A stretch of DNA of 64,000 bases from Antedon mediterranea (Eukaryota; Animalia; Echinodermata). A program made the translations under genes and the position numbers. The notes beneath the pieces are model-generated. The model saw nothing but the letters and a program-made list of their open reading frames with translations. It made no database searches and was not told where the DNA came from. Shown here in pieces: positions 12,601 to 28,050 of the stretch (the first letter of the stretch is position 1; every line of letters starts with the position of its first letter). Location: assembly GCF_964355755.1 (NCBI RefSeq), contig NC_092672.1, positions 16,815,237 to 16,879,236 on the forward strand. Reading direction: 5' to 3'.

Positions 12601-15600
12601 ACATTAGAATCCGTTTTAGACCATTTTGAGCATTTCAATAAAACTTTTCAAACAAAAACATCAAAGAGCACAAAATAGCTTAATATCGTATTTAAAAACG
12701 TTTTTGACCATTTCGAGCATTTCGACAAAAAATTTTCACACAAAACAGCAAAGTGCACAGAATAACTTCAAATCGCATTTGGAGACGTTTTAGACCATTT
12801 TGTGATTTTCGAAAAAACTTGTTAACATAAAAACACCAAAGTGCTAAGAATAGCTTCAAATCGCATTTGGAGACATTTTAGACCATTTTGTGATTTTCGA
12901 AAAAACTTGTTAAGATAAAAACATCAAAGTGTACACAATAGCTTCAAATCGCATTTGGAGACGTTATAGACCATTTTGTGATTTTCGAAAAAACTTGTTA
13001 ACATAAAAACACCAAAGTGCTTAGAATAGCTTCAAATCGCATTTTGAGACATTTTAGACCCTTTTGTGATTTTCGAAAAAACTTGTTAACATAAAAACAC
13101 CAAAGTGCTTAGAATGGCTTCAAATCGCATTTGGAGACATTTTAGACTATTTTGTGATTTTCGAAAAAACTTAAGATAAAAATATCAAAGTGCTTCAAAT
13201 CACATTAGAAACCGTTTTAGACCATTTTGAGCATTTCGACAAAAATTTTTCACACAAAACAGCAAAGTGTACAGAATAGCTTCAAATCGTATTTGGAGAC
13301 GTTTTAGACCTTTTTGTGATTTTCGAAAAAACTTGTTAACATAAAAACACCAAAGTGCTTAGAATAGCTTCAAATCGCATTTTGAGACGTTTTAGACCCT
13401 TTTGTGATTTTCGAAAAAACTTGGTTACACAAAAACACCAAAGTGCTTAAAATAGCTTCAAATCGCATTTGGAGACATTTTAGACTATTTTGTGATTTTC
13501 GAAAAAACTTGTTAACATAAAAACATCAAAGTGCTTCAAATCACATTAGAAACCGTTTTAGACCATTTTGAGCATTTCGACAAAAATTTTTCACACAAAA
13601 CAGCAAAGTGTACAGAATAGCTTCAAATCGTATTTGGAGACGTTTCAGACAATTTTTTGATTTTCGAAAAAACTTGTTAACATAAAAACACCAAAGTGCT
13701 TAGAATAGCTTCAAATCGCATTTTGAGACGTTTTAGACAATTCTGTGATTTTCGAAAAAACTTGTTAACATAAATTCATCAAAGTGCTTAAAATCACATT
13801 AGAATCCGTTTTAGACCATTTTGAGCATTTCGATAAAACTTTTCAAACAAAAACATCAAAGAGCACAAAATAGATTAATATCGTATTTAAAAACGTTTTT
13901 GACCATTTTGAGCATTTCGACAAAAAATTTTCACACAAAACAGAAAAGTGCACAGAATAACTTCAAATCGCATTTGGAGACGTTTTAGACAATTTTGTGA
14001 TTTTCGAAAAAACTTGTTAAGATAAAAACATCAAAGTGTACACAATAGCTTCAAATCGCATTTGGAGACGTTTTAGACCATTTTGTGATTTTCGAAAAAA
14101 CTTGTTAACATAAAAACACCAAAGTGCTTAGAATAGCTTCAAATCGCATTTTGAGAAATTTTAGACCCTTTTGTGATTTTCGAAAAAACTTGGTTACACA
14201 AAAACACCAAAGTGCTTAAAATAGCTTCAAATCGCATTTGGAGAAGTTTTAAACCATTTTGTGATTTTCGAAAAAACTTGTTAACATAAAAACATCAAAG
14301 TGTACAGAATAACTTCAAATCGCATTTGGAGACGTTTTAGACCATTTTGTGATTTTTGAAAAAACTTAACATAAAAACACCAAAGAGCTTAGAATAGCTT
14401 CAAATCGCATTTTTAGACATTTTACACCCTTTTGTGATTTTCGAAAAAACTTGTTAAAATAAAAACATCAAAGTGTACAGAATAGCTTCAAATCGCATTT
14501 GGAGACGTTTTAGACCATTTTGTGATTTTGAAAAAAACTTAACATAAAAACACCAAAGAGCTTAGAATAGCTTCAAATCGCATTTTGAGACATTTTAGAC
14601 CATTTTGTGATTTTCGAAAAAACTTGTTAAAATAAAAACATCAAAATGTACAGAATAGCTTCAAATCGCATTTGGAGACGTTTTAGACCATTTTGTGATT
14701 TTGAAAAAAACTTTTTAACATAAAAACACCAAAGAGCTTAGAATAGCTTCAAATCGCATTTTGAGACATTTTAGACCATTTTGTGTTTTTCGAAAAAACT
14801 TGTTAACATAAAAACATCAAAGTATACAGAATAGCTTCAAATCGCATTTGGAGACGTTTTAGACCATTTTGTGAATTTCGAAAAAACTTGTTAACATAAA
14901 AACATCAAAGTGCTTAGAATAGCTTCAAATCGCATTTGGAGACGTTTTAGACCATTTTGTGATTTTCGAAAAAACTTGTTAACATAAAAACATCAAAGTC
15001 CTTAAAATCACATTAGAATCCGTTTTAGACCATTTTGAGCATTTCGACAAAAAATTTTCACACAAAACAGCAAAGTGTACAGAATAGCTTCAAATCGTAT
15101 TTGGAGACGTTTTAGACCTTTTTGTGATTTTCGAAAAAACTTGTTAACATAAAAACACCAAAGTGCTTAGAATAGCTTCAAATCGCATTTTTTGACGTTT
15201 TAGACCATTCTGTGATTTTCGAAAAAACTTGTTAACATAAAAACATCAAAGTGCTTCAAATCACATTAGAAACCGTTTTAGACCATTTTGAGCATTTCGA
15301 CAAAAAATTTTCACACAAAACAGCAAAGTGTACAGAATAGCTTCAAATCGTATTTGCAGACGTTTTAGACCTTTTTGAGATTTTCGAAAAAACTTGTTAA
15401 CATAAAAACATCAAAGTGCTTCAAATCACATTAGAAACCGTTTTAGACCATTTTGAGCATTTCGACAAAAATTTTTCACACAAAACAGCAAAGTGTACAG
15501 AATAGCTTCAAATCGTATTTGGAGACGTTTTAGACCTTTTTGTGATTTTCGAAAAAACTTGTTAACATAAAAACACCAAAGTGCTTAGAATAGCTTCAAA

Positions 15601-18600
15601 TCGCATTTGGAGACGTTTTAGACCATTTTTTGATTTTCGAAAAAACTTGTTAACATAAAAACACCAAAGTGCTTAGAATAGCTTCAAATCGCATTTTGAG
15701 ACGTTTTAGACCATTCTGTGATTTTCGAAAAAACTTGTTAACATAAAAACATCAAAGTGCTTAAAATCACATTAGAATCCGTTTTAGACCATTTTGAGCA
15801 TTTCGATAAAACTTTTCAAACAAAAACATCAAAGAGCACAAAATAGCTTAATATCGTATTTAAAAACGTTTTTGACCATTTTGAGCATTTCGACAAAAAA
15901 TTTTCACACAAAACAGCAAAGTGCACAGAATAACTTCAAATCGCATTTGGAGACGTTTTAGACCATTTTGTGATTTTCGAAAAAACTTGTTAACATAAAA
16001 ACACCAAAGTGCTTAGAATAGCTTCAAATCGCATTTGGAGACGTTTTAGACCATGTTGTGATTTTCGAAAAAACTTTTTAACATAAAAACACCAAAGTGC
16101 TTAGAATGGCTTCAAATCGCATTTGGAGACATTTTAGACTGTTTTGTGATTTTCGAAAAAACTTAAGATAAAAATATCAAAGTGCTTCAAATCACATTAG
16201 AAACCGTTTTAGACCATTTTGAGCATTTCGACAAAAATTTTTCACACAAAACAGCAAAGTGTACAGAATAGCTTCAAATCGTATTTGGAGACGTTTTAGA
16301 CCTTTTTGTGATTTTCGAAAAAACTTGTTAACATAAAAACACCAAAGTGCTTAGAATAGCTTCAAATCGCATTTTGAGACGTTTTAGACCATTCTGTGAT
16401 TTTCGAAAAAACTTGTTAACATAAAAATATCAAAGTACTTCAAATCACATTAGAAACCGTTTTAGACCATTTTGAGCATTTCGACAAAAAATTTTCACAC
16501 AAAACAGCAAAGTGTACAGAATAGCTTCAAATCGTATTTGCAGACGTTTTAGACCTTTTTGAGATTTTCGAAAAAACTTGTTAACATAAAAACATCAAAG
16601 TGCTTCAAATCACATTAGAAACCGTTTTAGACCATTTTGAGCATTTCGACAAAAATTTTTCACACAAAACACCAAAGTGTACAGAATAGCTTCAAATCGT
16701 ATTTGGAGACGTTTTAGACCTTTTTGTGATTTTCGAAAAAACTTGTTAACATAAAAACACCAAAGTGCTTAGAATAGCTTCAAATCGCATTTGGAGACGT
16801 TTTAGACCATTTTTTGATTTTCGAAAAAACTTGTTACCATAAAAACACCAAAGTGCTTAGAATAGCTTCAAATCGCATTTTGAGACGTTTTAGACCATTC
16901 TGTGATTTTCGAAAAAACTTGTTAACATAAAAACATCAAAGTGCTTAAAATCACATTAGAAACCGTTTTAGACCATTTTGAACATTTCGATAAAACTTTT
17001 CACACAAAAGCATCAAAGAGCACAAAATAGCTTAATATCGTATTTAAAAACGTTTTTGACCATTTTGAGCATTTCGACAAAAAATTTTCAAACAAAACAG
17101 CAAAGTGCACAGAATAACTTCAAATCGCATTTGGAGACGTTTTAGACCATTTTGTGATTTTCGAAAAAACTTGTTAACATAAAAACACCAAAGTGCTTAG
17201 AATAGCTTCAAATCGCATTTGGAGTCGTTTTAGACCATGTTGTGATTTTCGAAAAAACTTTTTAACATAAAAACACCAAAGTGCTTAGAATGGCTTCAAA
17301 TCGCATTTGGAGACATTTTAGACTATTTTGTGATTTTCGAAAAAACTTAAGATAAAAATATCAAAGTGCTTCAAATCACATTAGAAACCGTTTTAGACCA
17401 TTTTGAGCATTTCGACAAAAATTTTTCACACAAAACAGCAAAGTGTACAGAATAGCTTCAAATCGTATTTGGAGACGTTTTAGACCTTTTTGTGATTTTC
17501 GAAAAAACTTGTTAACATAAAAACACCAAAGTGCTTAGAATAGCTTCAAATCGCATTTTGAGACGTTTTAGACCCTTTTGTGATTTTCGAAAAAACTTGG
17601 TTACACAAAAACACCAAAGTGCTTAAAATAGCTTCAAATCGCATTTGGAGACATTTTAGACTATTTTGTGATTTTCGAAAAAACTTGTTAACATAAAAAC
17701 ATCAAAGTGCTTCAAATCACATTAGAAACCGTTTTAGACCATTTTGAGCATTTCGACAAAAATTTTTCACACAAAACAGCAAAGTGTACAGAATAGCTTC
17801 AAATCGTATTTGGAGTCGTTTTAGACCATTTTTTGATTTTCGAAAAAACTTGTTAACATAAAAACACCAAAGTGCTTAGAATAGCTTCAAATCGCATTTT
17901 GAGACGTTTTAGACAATTCTGTGATTTTCGAAAAAACTTGTTAACATAAAAACATTAAAGTGCTTAAAATCACATTAGAATCCGTTTTAGACCATTTTGA
18001 GCATTTCGATAAAACTTTTCAAACAAAAACATCAAAGAGCACAAAATAGCTTAATATCGTATTTAAAAACGTTTTTGACCATTTTGAGCATTTCGACAAA
18101 AAATTTTCACACAAAACAGCAAAGTGCACAGAATAACTTCAAATCGCATTTGGAGACGTTTTAGACAATTTTGTGATTTTCGAAAAAACTTGTTAACATA
18201 AAAACACCAAAGTGCTAAGAATAGCTTCAAATCGCATTTGGAGACATTTTAGACCATTTTGTGATTTTCGAAAAAACTTGTTAAGATAAAAACATCAAAG
18301 TGTACACAATAGCTTCAAATCGCATTTGGAGACGTTTTAGACCATTTTGTGATTTTCGAAAAAACTTGTTAACATAAAAACACCAAAGTGCTTAGAATAG
18401 CTTCAAATCGCATTTTGAGACATTTTAGACCCTTTTGTGATTTTCGAAAAAACTTGGTTACACAAAAACACCAAAGTGCTTAAAATAGCTTCAAATCGCA
18501 TTTGGAGAAGTTTTAAACCATTTTGTGATTTTCGAAAAAACTTGTTAACATAAAAACATCAAAGTGGACAGAATAACTTCAAATCCCATTTGGAGACGTT

Positions 18601-21600
18601 TTAGACCATTTTGTGATTTTTGAAAAAACTTGTTAACATAAAAACACCAAAGTGCTTAGAATAGCTTCAAATCGCATTTTGAGACATTTTACACCCTTTT
18701 GTGATTTTCGAAAAAACTTGTTAAAATAAAAACATCAAAGTGTACAGAATAGCTTCAAATCGCATTTGGAGACGTTTTAGACCATTTTGTGAATTTGAAA
18801 AAAACTTAACATAAAAACACCAAAGAGCTTAGAATAGCTTCAAATCGCATTTTGAGACATTTTAGACCATTTTGTGATTTTCGAAAAAACTTGTTAAAAT
18901 AAAAACATCAAAATGTACAGAATAGCTTCAAATCGCATTTGGAGACGTTTTAGACCATTTTGTGATTTTGAAAAAAACTTGTTAACATAAAAACACCAAA
19001 GAGCTTAGAATAGCTTCAAATCGCATTTTGAGACATTTTAGACCATTTTGTGTTTTTCGAAAAAACTTGTTAACATAAAAACATCAAAGTGTACAGAATA
19101 GCTTCAAATCGCATTTGGAGACGTTTTAGACCATTTTGTGATTTTCGAAAAAACTTGTTAACATAAAAACATCAAAGTGCTTAGAATAGCTTCAAATCGC
19201 ATTTGGAGACGTTTTAGACCATTTTGTGATTTTCGAAAAAACTTGGTTACACAAAAACACCAAAGTGCTTAAAATAGCTTCAAATCGCATTTGGAGACAT
19301 TTTAGAATATTTTGTGATTTTCGAAAAAACTTGGTTACACAAAAACACCAAAGTGCTTAAAATCACATTAGAAACCGTTTTAGACCATTTTGAGCATTTC
19401 GATAAAACTTTTCACACAAAAACATCAAAGAGCACAAAATAGCTTAATATCGTATTTAAAAACGTTTTTGACCATTTTGAGCATTTCGACAAAAAAATTT
19501 CACACAAAACAGCAAAGTGCACAGAATAACTTCAAATCGCATTTGGAGACGTTTTAGACCATTTTGTGATTTTCGAAAAAACTTGTTAACATAAAAACAC
19601 CAAAGTGCTTAGAATAGCTTCAAATCGCATTTTGAGACATTTTAGACCCTTTTGTGATTTTTGAAAAAACTTGTTAACATAAAAACATCAAAGTGCTTCA
19701 AATCACATTAGAAACCGTTTTAGACCATTTTGAGCATTTCGATAAAACTTTTCACACAAAAACATCAAAGAGCACAAAATAGCTTAATATCGTATTTAAA
19801 AACGTTTTTGACCATTTTGAGCATTTAGACAAAAAATTTTCAAACAAAACAGCAAAGTGCACAGAATAACTTCAAATCGCATTTGGAGACGTTTTAGACC
19901 ATTCTGTGTTTTTCGAAAAAACTTGTTAACATAAAAACATCAAAGTGCTTAAAATCACATTAGAAACTGTTTTAGACCATTTTGAGCATTTCGATAAAAC
20001 TTTTCACACAAAAACATTAAAGAGCACAAAATAGCTTAATATCGTATTTAAAAACGTTTTTGACCATTTTGAGCATTTCGACAAAAATTTTTCACACAAA
20101 ACAGCAAAGTGTACAGAATAGCTTCAAATCGTATTTGGAGACGTTTTAGACCTTTTTGTGATTTCCGAAAAAACTTGTTAACATAAAAACACCAAAGTGC
20201 TTAGAATAGCTTCAAATCGCATTTTGAGACATTTTAGACCCTTTTGTGATTTTCGAAAAAACTTGGTTACACAAAAACACCAAAGTGCTTAAAATAGCTT
20301 CAAATTGCATTTGGAGACGTTTTAGACCATTTTGTGATTTTCGAAAAAACTGGTTACCATAAAAACACCAAAGTGCTTAGATTAGCTTCAAATCGCATTT
20401 TGAGACATTTTAGACCCTTTTGTGATTTTCAAAAAACTTGTTAACATAAAAACACCAAAGAGCTTAGAATAGCTTCAAATCGCATTTTGAGACATTTTAG
20501 ACCATTTTGTGATTTTCGAAAAAACTTGTTAACATAAAAACACCAAAGTGCTTAGAATAGCTTCAAATCGCATTTTCAGACATTTTAGACCCTTTTGTGA
20601 TTTTCGAAAAAACTTGTTAACATAAAAATTCCAAAGTGCTAAGAATAGCTTCAAATCGCATTTGGAGACATTTTAGACCACTTTGTGATTTTTGAAAAAA
20701 CTTGTTAACATAAAAACATCAAAGTGCTTAAAATCACATTAGAAACCGTTTTAGACCATTTTGAGCATTTCGATAAAACTTTTCACACAAAAACATCAAA
20801 GAGCACAAAATAGCTTAATATCGTATTTAAAAACGTTTTTGACCATTTTGAGCATTTCGACAAAAAAATTTCAAACAAAACAGAAAAGTGTACAGACTAG
20901 CTTCAAATCGTATTTGGAGACGTTTTAGACCTTTTTGTGATTTTCGAAAAAACTTGTTAACATAAAAACACCAAAGTGCTAAGAATAGCTTCAAATCGCA
21001 TTTTAGACCATTTTGTGTTTTTCGAAAAAACTTGTTAACATAAAAACACCAAAGTGCTTAAAATCACATTAGAAACCGTTTTAGACCATTTTGAGCATTT
21101 CGATAAAACTTTTCACACAAAAACATCAAAGAGCACAAAATAGCTTAATATCGTAAAAACATCAAAGTGCTTAAAATCACATTAGAAACCGTTTTAGACC
21201 ATTTTGAGCATTTCGATAAAACTTTTCACACAAAAACATCAAAGAGCACAAAATAGCTTAATATCGTATTTAAAAACGTTTTTGACCATTTTGAGCATTT
21301 CGAAAAAAAAATTTTCACACAAAACAGCAAAGTGCACAGAATAACTTCAAATCGCATTTGGAGACGTTTTAGACCTTTTTGTGATTTTCGAAAAAACTTG
21401 TTAACATAAAAACACCAAAGTGCTAAGAATAGCTTCAAATCGCATTTGGAGACATTTTAGACTATTTTGTGTTTTTCGAAAAAACTTGTTAACATAAAAA
21501 CATCAAAGTGTACAGAATAGCTTCAAATCGCATTTTGAGACATTTTAGACTATTTTGTGATTTTCGAAAAAACTTGTTAACATAAAAACATCAAAGTGCT

Positions 21601-24600
21601 TAAAATCACATTAGAAACCATTTTAGACCATTTTGAGCATTTCGATAAAACTTTTCACACAAAAACATCAAAGAGCACAAAATAGCTTAATATCGTAAAA
21701 ACATCAAAGTGCTTAAAATCACATTAGAAACCGTTTTAGACCATTTTGAGCATTTCGATAAAACTTTTCACACAAAAACATCAAAGAGCACAAAATAGCT
21801 TAAAATCGTATTTAAAAACGTTTTTGACCATTTTGAGCATTTCGAAAAAAAAATTTTCACACAAAACAGCAAAGTGCACAGAATAACTTCAAATCGCATT
21901 TGGAGACGTTTTAGACTATTTTGTGATTTTCGAAAAAACTTGTTAACATAAAAACACCAAAGTGCTTAGAATAGCTTCAAATCGCATTTTGAGACATTTT
22001 AGACCCTTTTGTGATTTTTGAAAAAACTTGTTAACATAAAAACATCAAAGTGCTTCAAATCACATTAGAAACCGTTTTAGACCATTTTGAGCATTTCGAT
22101 AAAACTTTTCACACAAAAACATCAAAGAGCACAAAATAGCTTAATATCGTATTTAAAAACGTTTTTGACCATTTTGAGCATTTAGACAAAAAATTTTCAA
22201 ACAAAACAGCAAAGTGCACAGAATAACTTCAAATCGCATTTGGAGACGTTTTAGACCATTCTGTGATTTTCGAAAAAACTTGTTAACATAAAAACATCAA
22301 AGTGCTTAAAATCACATTAGAAACCGTTTTAGACCATTTTGAGCATTTCGATAAAACTTTTCACACAAAAACATTAAAGAGCACAAAATAGCTTAATATC
22401 GTATTTAAAAACGTTTTTGACCATTTTGAGCATTTCGACAAAAATTTTTCACACAAAACAGCAAAGTGTACAGAATAGCTTCAAATCGTATTTGGAGACG
22501 TTTTAGACCTTTTTGTGATTTCCGAAAAAACTTGTTAACATAAAAACACCAAAGTGCTTAGAATAGCTTCAAATCGCATTTTGAGACATTTTAGACCCTT
22601 TTGTGATTTTCGAAAAAACTTGGTTACACAAAAACACCAAAGTGCTTAAAATAGCTTCAAATTGCATTTGGAGACGTTTTAGACCATTTTGTGACTTTCG
22701 AAAAAACTTGTTACCATAAAAACACCAAAGTGCTTAGATTAGCTTCAAATCGCATTTTGAGACATTTTAGACCCTTTTGTGATTTTTGAAAAAACTTGTT
22801 AACATAAAAACACCAAAGTGCTTAGAATAGCTTCAAATCGCATTTTGAGACATTTTAGACCCTTTTGTGATTTTCGAAAAAACTTGTTAACATAAAAATT
22901 CCAAAGTGCTAAGAATAGCTTCAAATCGCATTTGGAGACATTTTAGACCACTTTGTGATTTTCGAAAAAACTTGTTAACATAAAAACATCAAAGTGCTTA
23001 AAATCACATTAGAAACCGTTTTAGACCATTTTGAGCATTTCGATAAAACTTTTCACACAAAAACATCAAAGAGCACAAAATAGCTTAATATCGTATTTAA
23101 AAACGTTTTTGACCATTTTGAGCATTTAGACAAAAAATTTTCAAACAAAACAGCAAAGTGCACAGAATAACTTCAAATCGCATTTGGAGACGTTGTAGAC
23201 CATTCTGTGATTTTCGAAAAAACTTGTTAACATAAAAACATCAAAGTGCTTAAAATCACATTAGAAACCGTTTTAGACCATTTTGAGCATTTCGATAAAA
23301 CTTTTCACACAAAAACATTAAAGAGCACAAAATAGCTTAATATCGTATTTAAAAACGTTTTTGACCATTTTGAGCATTTCGACAAAAATTTTTTACACAA
23401 AACAGCAAAGTGTACAGAATAGCTTCAAATCGTATTTGGAGACGTTTTAGACCTTTTTGTGATTTCCGAAAAAACTTGTTAACATAAAAACACCAAAGTG
23501 CTTAGAATAGCTTCAAATCGCATTTGGAGACGTTTTAGACCATTTTGTGATTTTCGAAAAAACTTGTTAACATAAAAATACCAAAGTGCTTAGAATAGCT
23601 TCAAATCGCATTTTGAGACATTTTAGACCCTTTTGTGATTTTCGAAAAAACTTGGTTACACAAAAACACCAAAGTGCTTAAAATAGCTTCAAATTGCATT
23701 TGGAGACGTTTTAGACCATTTTGTGATTTTCGAAAAAACTTGTTACCATAAAAACACCAAAGTGCTTAGATTAGCTTCAAATCGCATTTTGAGACATTTT
23801 AGACCCTTTTGTGATTTTTGAAAAAACTTGTTAACATAAAAACACCAAAGAGCTTAGAATAGCTTCAAATCGCATTTTGAGACATTTTAGACCATTTTGT
23901 GATTTTCGAAAAAACTTGTTAACATAAAAACACCAAAGTGCTTAGAATAGCTTCAAATCGCATTTTGAGACATTTTAGACCCTTTTGTGATTTTCGAAAA
24001 AACTTGTTAACATAAAAATTCCAAAGTGCTAAGAATAGCTTCAAATCGCATTTGGAGACATTTTAGACCACTTTGTGATTTTCGAAAAAACTTGTTAACA
24101 TAAAAACATCAAAGTGCTTAAAATCATATTAGAAACCGTTTTAGACCATTTTGAGCATTTCGATAAAACTTTTCACACAAAAACATCAAAGAGCACAAAA
24201 TAGCTTAATATCGTATTTAAAAACGTTTTTGACCATTTTGAGCATTTCGACAAAAAAATTTCACACAAAACAGAAAAGTAGCTTCAAATCGTATTTGGAG
24301 ACGTTTTAGACCTTTTTGTGATTTTCGAAAAAACTTGTTAACATAAAAACACCAAAGTGCTAAGAATAGCTTCAAATCGCATTTTAGACCATTTTGTGTT
24401 TTTCGAAAAAACTTGTTAACATAAAAACACCAAAGTGCTTAAAATCACATTAGAAACCGTTTTAGACCATTTTGAGCATTTCGATAAAACTTTTCACACA
24501 AAAACATCAAAGAGCACAAAATAGCTTAATATCGTATTTAAAAACGTTTTTGACCATTTTGAGCATTTCGAAAAAAAAATTTTCACACAAAACAGCAAAG

Positions 24601-25499
24601 TGCACAGAATAACTTCAAATCGCATTTGGAGACGTTTTAGACCATTTTGTGATTTTCGAAAAAACTTGTTAACATAAAAACACCAAAGTGCTTAGAATAG
24701 CTTCAAATCGCATTTTGAGACATTTTAGACCCTTTTGTGATTTTTGAAAAAACTTGTTAACATAAAAACATCAAAGTGCTTCAAATCACATTAGAAACCG
24801 TTTTAGACCATTTTGAGCATTTCGATAAAACTTTTCACACAAAAATATCAAAGAGCACAAAATAGCTTAATATCGTATTTAAAAACGTTTTTGACCATTC
24901 TGAGCATTTAGACAAAAAATTTTCAAACAAAACAGCAAAGTGCACAGAATAACTTCAAATCGCATTTGGAGACGTTTTAGACCATTCTGTGAATTTCGAA
25001 AAAACTTGTTAACATAAAAACATCAAAGTGCTTAAAATCACATTAGAAACCGTTTTAGACCATTTTGAGCATTTCGATAAAACTTTTCACACAAAAACAT
25101 TAAAGAGCACAAAATAGCTTAATATCGTATTTAAAAACGTTTTTGACCATTTTGAGCATTTCGACAAAAATTTTTCACACAAAACAGCAAAGTGTACAGA
25201 ATAGCTTCAAATCGTATTTGGAGACGTTTTAGACCTTTTTGTGATTTCCGAAAAAACTTGTTAACATAAAAACACCAAAGTGCTAAGAATAGCTTCAAAT
25301 CGCATTTGGAGACATTTTAGACTATTTTGTGTTTTTCGAAAAAAACTTGTTAACATAAAAACATCAAAGTGTACAGAATAGCTTCAAATCGCATTTTGAG
25401 ACATTTTAGACTATTTTGTGATTTTCGAAAAAACTTGTTAACATAAAAACATCAAAGTGCTTAAAATCACATTAGAAACCGTTTTAGACCATTTTAAGC

Positions 25500-28050
25500 A
25501 TTTCGATAAAACTTTTCACACAAAAACATCAAAGAGCACAAAATAGCTTAATATCGTATTTAAAATCGTTTTTGACCATTTTGAGCATTTCGAAAAAAAA
25601 ATTTCACACAAAACAGCAAAGTGCACAGAATAACTTCAAATCGCATTTGGAGACGTTTTAGACCATTTTGTGATTTTCGAAAAAACTTGTTAACATAAAA
25701 ACACCAAAGTGCTTAGAATAGCTTCAAATCGCATTTTGAGACATTTTAGACCCTTTTGTGATTTTTGAAAAAACTTGTTAACATAAAAACATCAAAGTGC
25801 TTCAAATCACATTAGAAACCGTTTTAGACCATTTTGAGCATTTCGATAAAACTTTTCACACAAAAACATCAAAGAGCACAAAATAGCTTAATATCGTATT
25901 TAAAAACGTTTTTGACCATTCTGAGCATTTAGACAAAAAATTTTCAAACAAAACAGCAAAGTGCACAAAATAACTTCAAATCGCATTTGGAGACGTTTTA
26001 GACCATTCTGTGATTTTCGAAAAAACTTGTTAACATAAAAACATCAAAGTGCTTAAAATCACAATAGAAACCGTTTTAGACCATTTTGAGCATTTCGATA
26101 AAACTTTTCACACAAAAACATTAAAGAGCACAAAATAGCTTAATATCGTATTTAAAAACGTTTTTGACCATTTTGAGCATTTCGACAAAAATTTTTAACA
26201 CAAAACAGCAAAGTGTACAGAATAGCTTCAAATCGTATTTGGAGACGTTTTAGACCTTTTTGTGATTTCCGAAAAAACTTGTTAACATAAAAACACCAAA
26301 GTGCTTAGAATAGCTTCAAATCGCATTTGGAGACGTTTTAGACCATTTTGTGATTTTCGAAAAAACTTGTTAACATAAAAACACCAAAGTGCTTAGAATA
26401 GCTTCAAATCGCATTTTTAGACATTTTAGACCCTTTTGTGATTTTCGAAAAAACTTGGTTACACAAAAACACCAAAGTGCTTAAAATAGCTTCAAATTGC
26501 ATTTGGAGACGTTTTAGACCATTTTGTGATTTTCGAAAAAACTTGTTACCATAAAAACACCAAAGTGCTTAGATTAGCTTCAAATCGCATTTTGAGACAT
26601 TTTAGACCCTTTTGTGATTTTTGAAAAAACTTGTTAACATAAAAACATCAAAGTGCTTCAAATCACATTAGAAACCGTTTTAGACCATTTTAAGCATTTC
26701 GATAAAACTTTTCACACAAAAACATCAAAGAGCACAAAATAGCTTAATATCGTATTTAAAAACGTTTTTGACCATTTTGAGCATTTCGACAAAAAATTTT
26801 TACACAAAACAGCAAAGTGCACAGAATAACTTCAAATCGCATTTGGAGACGTTTTAGACCATTTTGGGATTTTCGAAAAACTTGTTAACATAAAAACATC
26901 AAAGTGCTTCAAATCACATTAGAAACCGTTTTAGACCATTTTGAGCATTTCGACAAAACTTTTCACACAAAAACATCAAAGAGCACAAAATAGCTTAATA
27001 TCGTATTTAAAATCGTTTTTGACCATTTTGAGCATTTCGAAAAAAAAATTTCACACAAAACAGCAAAGTGCACAGAATAACTTCAAATCGCATTTGGAGA
27101 CGTTTTAGACCATTTTGTGATTTTCGAAAAAACTTGTTAACATAAAAACACCAAAGTGCTTAGAATAGCTTCAAATCGCATTTTGAGACATTTTAGACCC
27201 TTTTGTGATTTTTGAAAAAACTTGTTAACATAAAAACATCAAAGTGCTTCAAATCACATTAGAAACCGTTTTAGACCATTTTGAGCATTTCGATAAAACT
27301 TTTCACACAAAAACATCAAAGAGCACAAAATAGCTTAATATCGTATTTAAAAACGTTTTTGACCATTCTGAGCATTTAGACAAAAAATTTTCAAACAAAA
27401 CAGCAAAGTGCACAAAATAACTTCAAATCGCATTTGGAGACGTTTTAGACCATTCTGTGATTTTCGAAAAAACTTGTTAACATAAAAACACCAAAGTGCT
27501 TAAAATCACATTAGAAACCGTTTTAGACCATTTTGAGCATTTCGATAAAACTTTTCACACAAAAACATTAAAGAGCACAAAATAGCTTAATATCGTATTT
27601 AAAAACGTTTTTGACCATTTTGAGCATTTCGACAAAATTTTTTAACACAAAACAGCAAAGTGTACAGAATAGCTTCAAATCGTATTTGGAGACGTTTTAG
27701 ACCTTTTTGTGATTTCCGAAAAAACTTGTTAACATAAAAACACCAAAGTGCTTAGAATAGCTTCAAATCGCATTTGGAGACGTTTTAGACCATTTTGTGA
27801 TTTTCGAAAAAACTTGTTAACATAAAAACACCAAAGTGCTTAGAATAGCTTCAAATCGCATTTTGAGACATTTTAGACCCTTTTGTGATTTTCGAAAAAA
27901 CTTGGTTACACAAAAACACCAAAGTGCTTAAAATAGCTTCAAATTGCATTTGGAGACGTTTTAGACCATTTTGTGATTTTCGAAAAAACTTGTTACCATA
28001 AAAACACCAAAGTGCTTAGATTAGCTTCAAATCGCATTTTGAGACATTTT
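25500..28050. repeat. Local higher-order tandem duplication, offset 1447 bp
   Basis: Rare variants TAAAATCGTT (25561/27008) and GTGCACAAAATAAC (25961/27408) share offset 1447. Boundaries are approximate. Confidence 0.8.
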
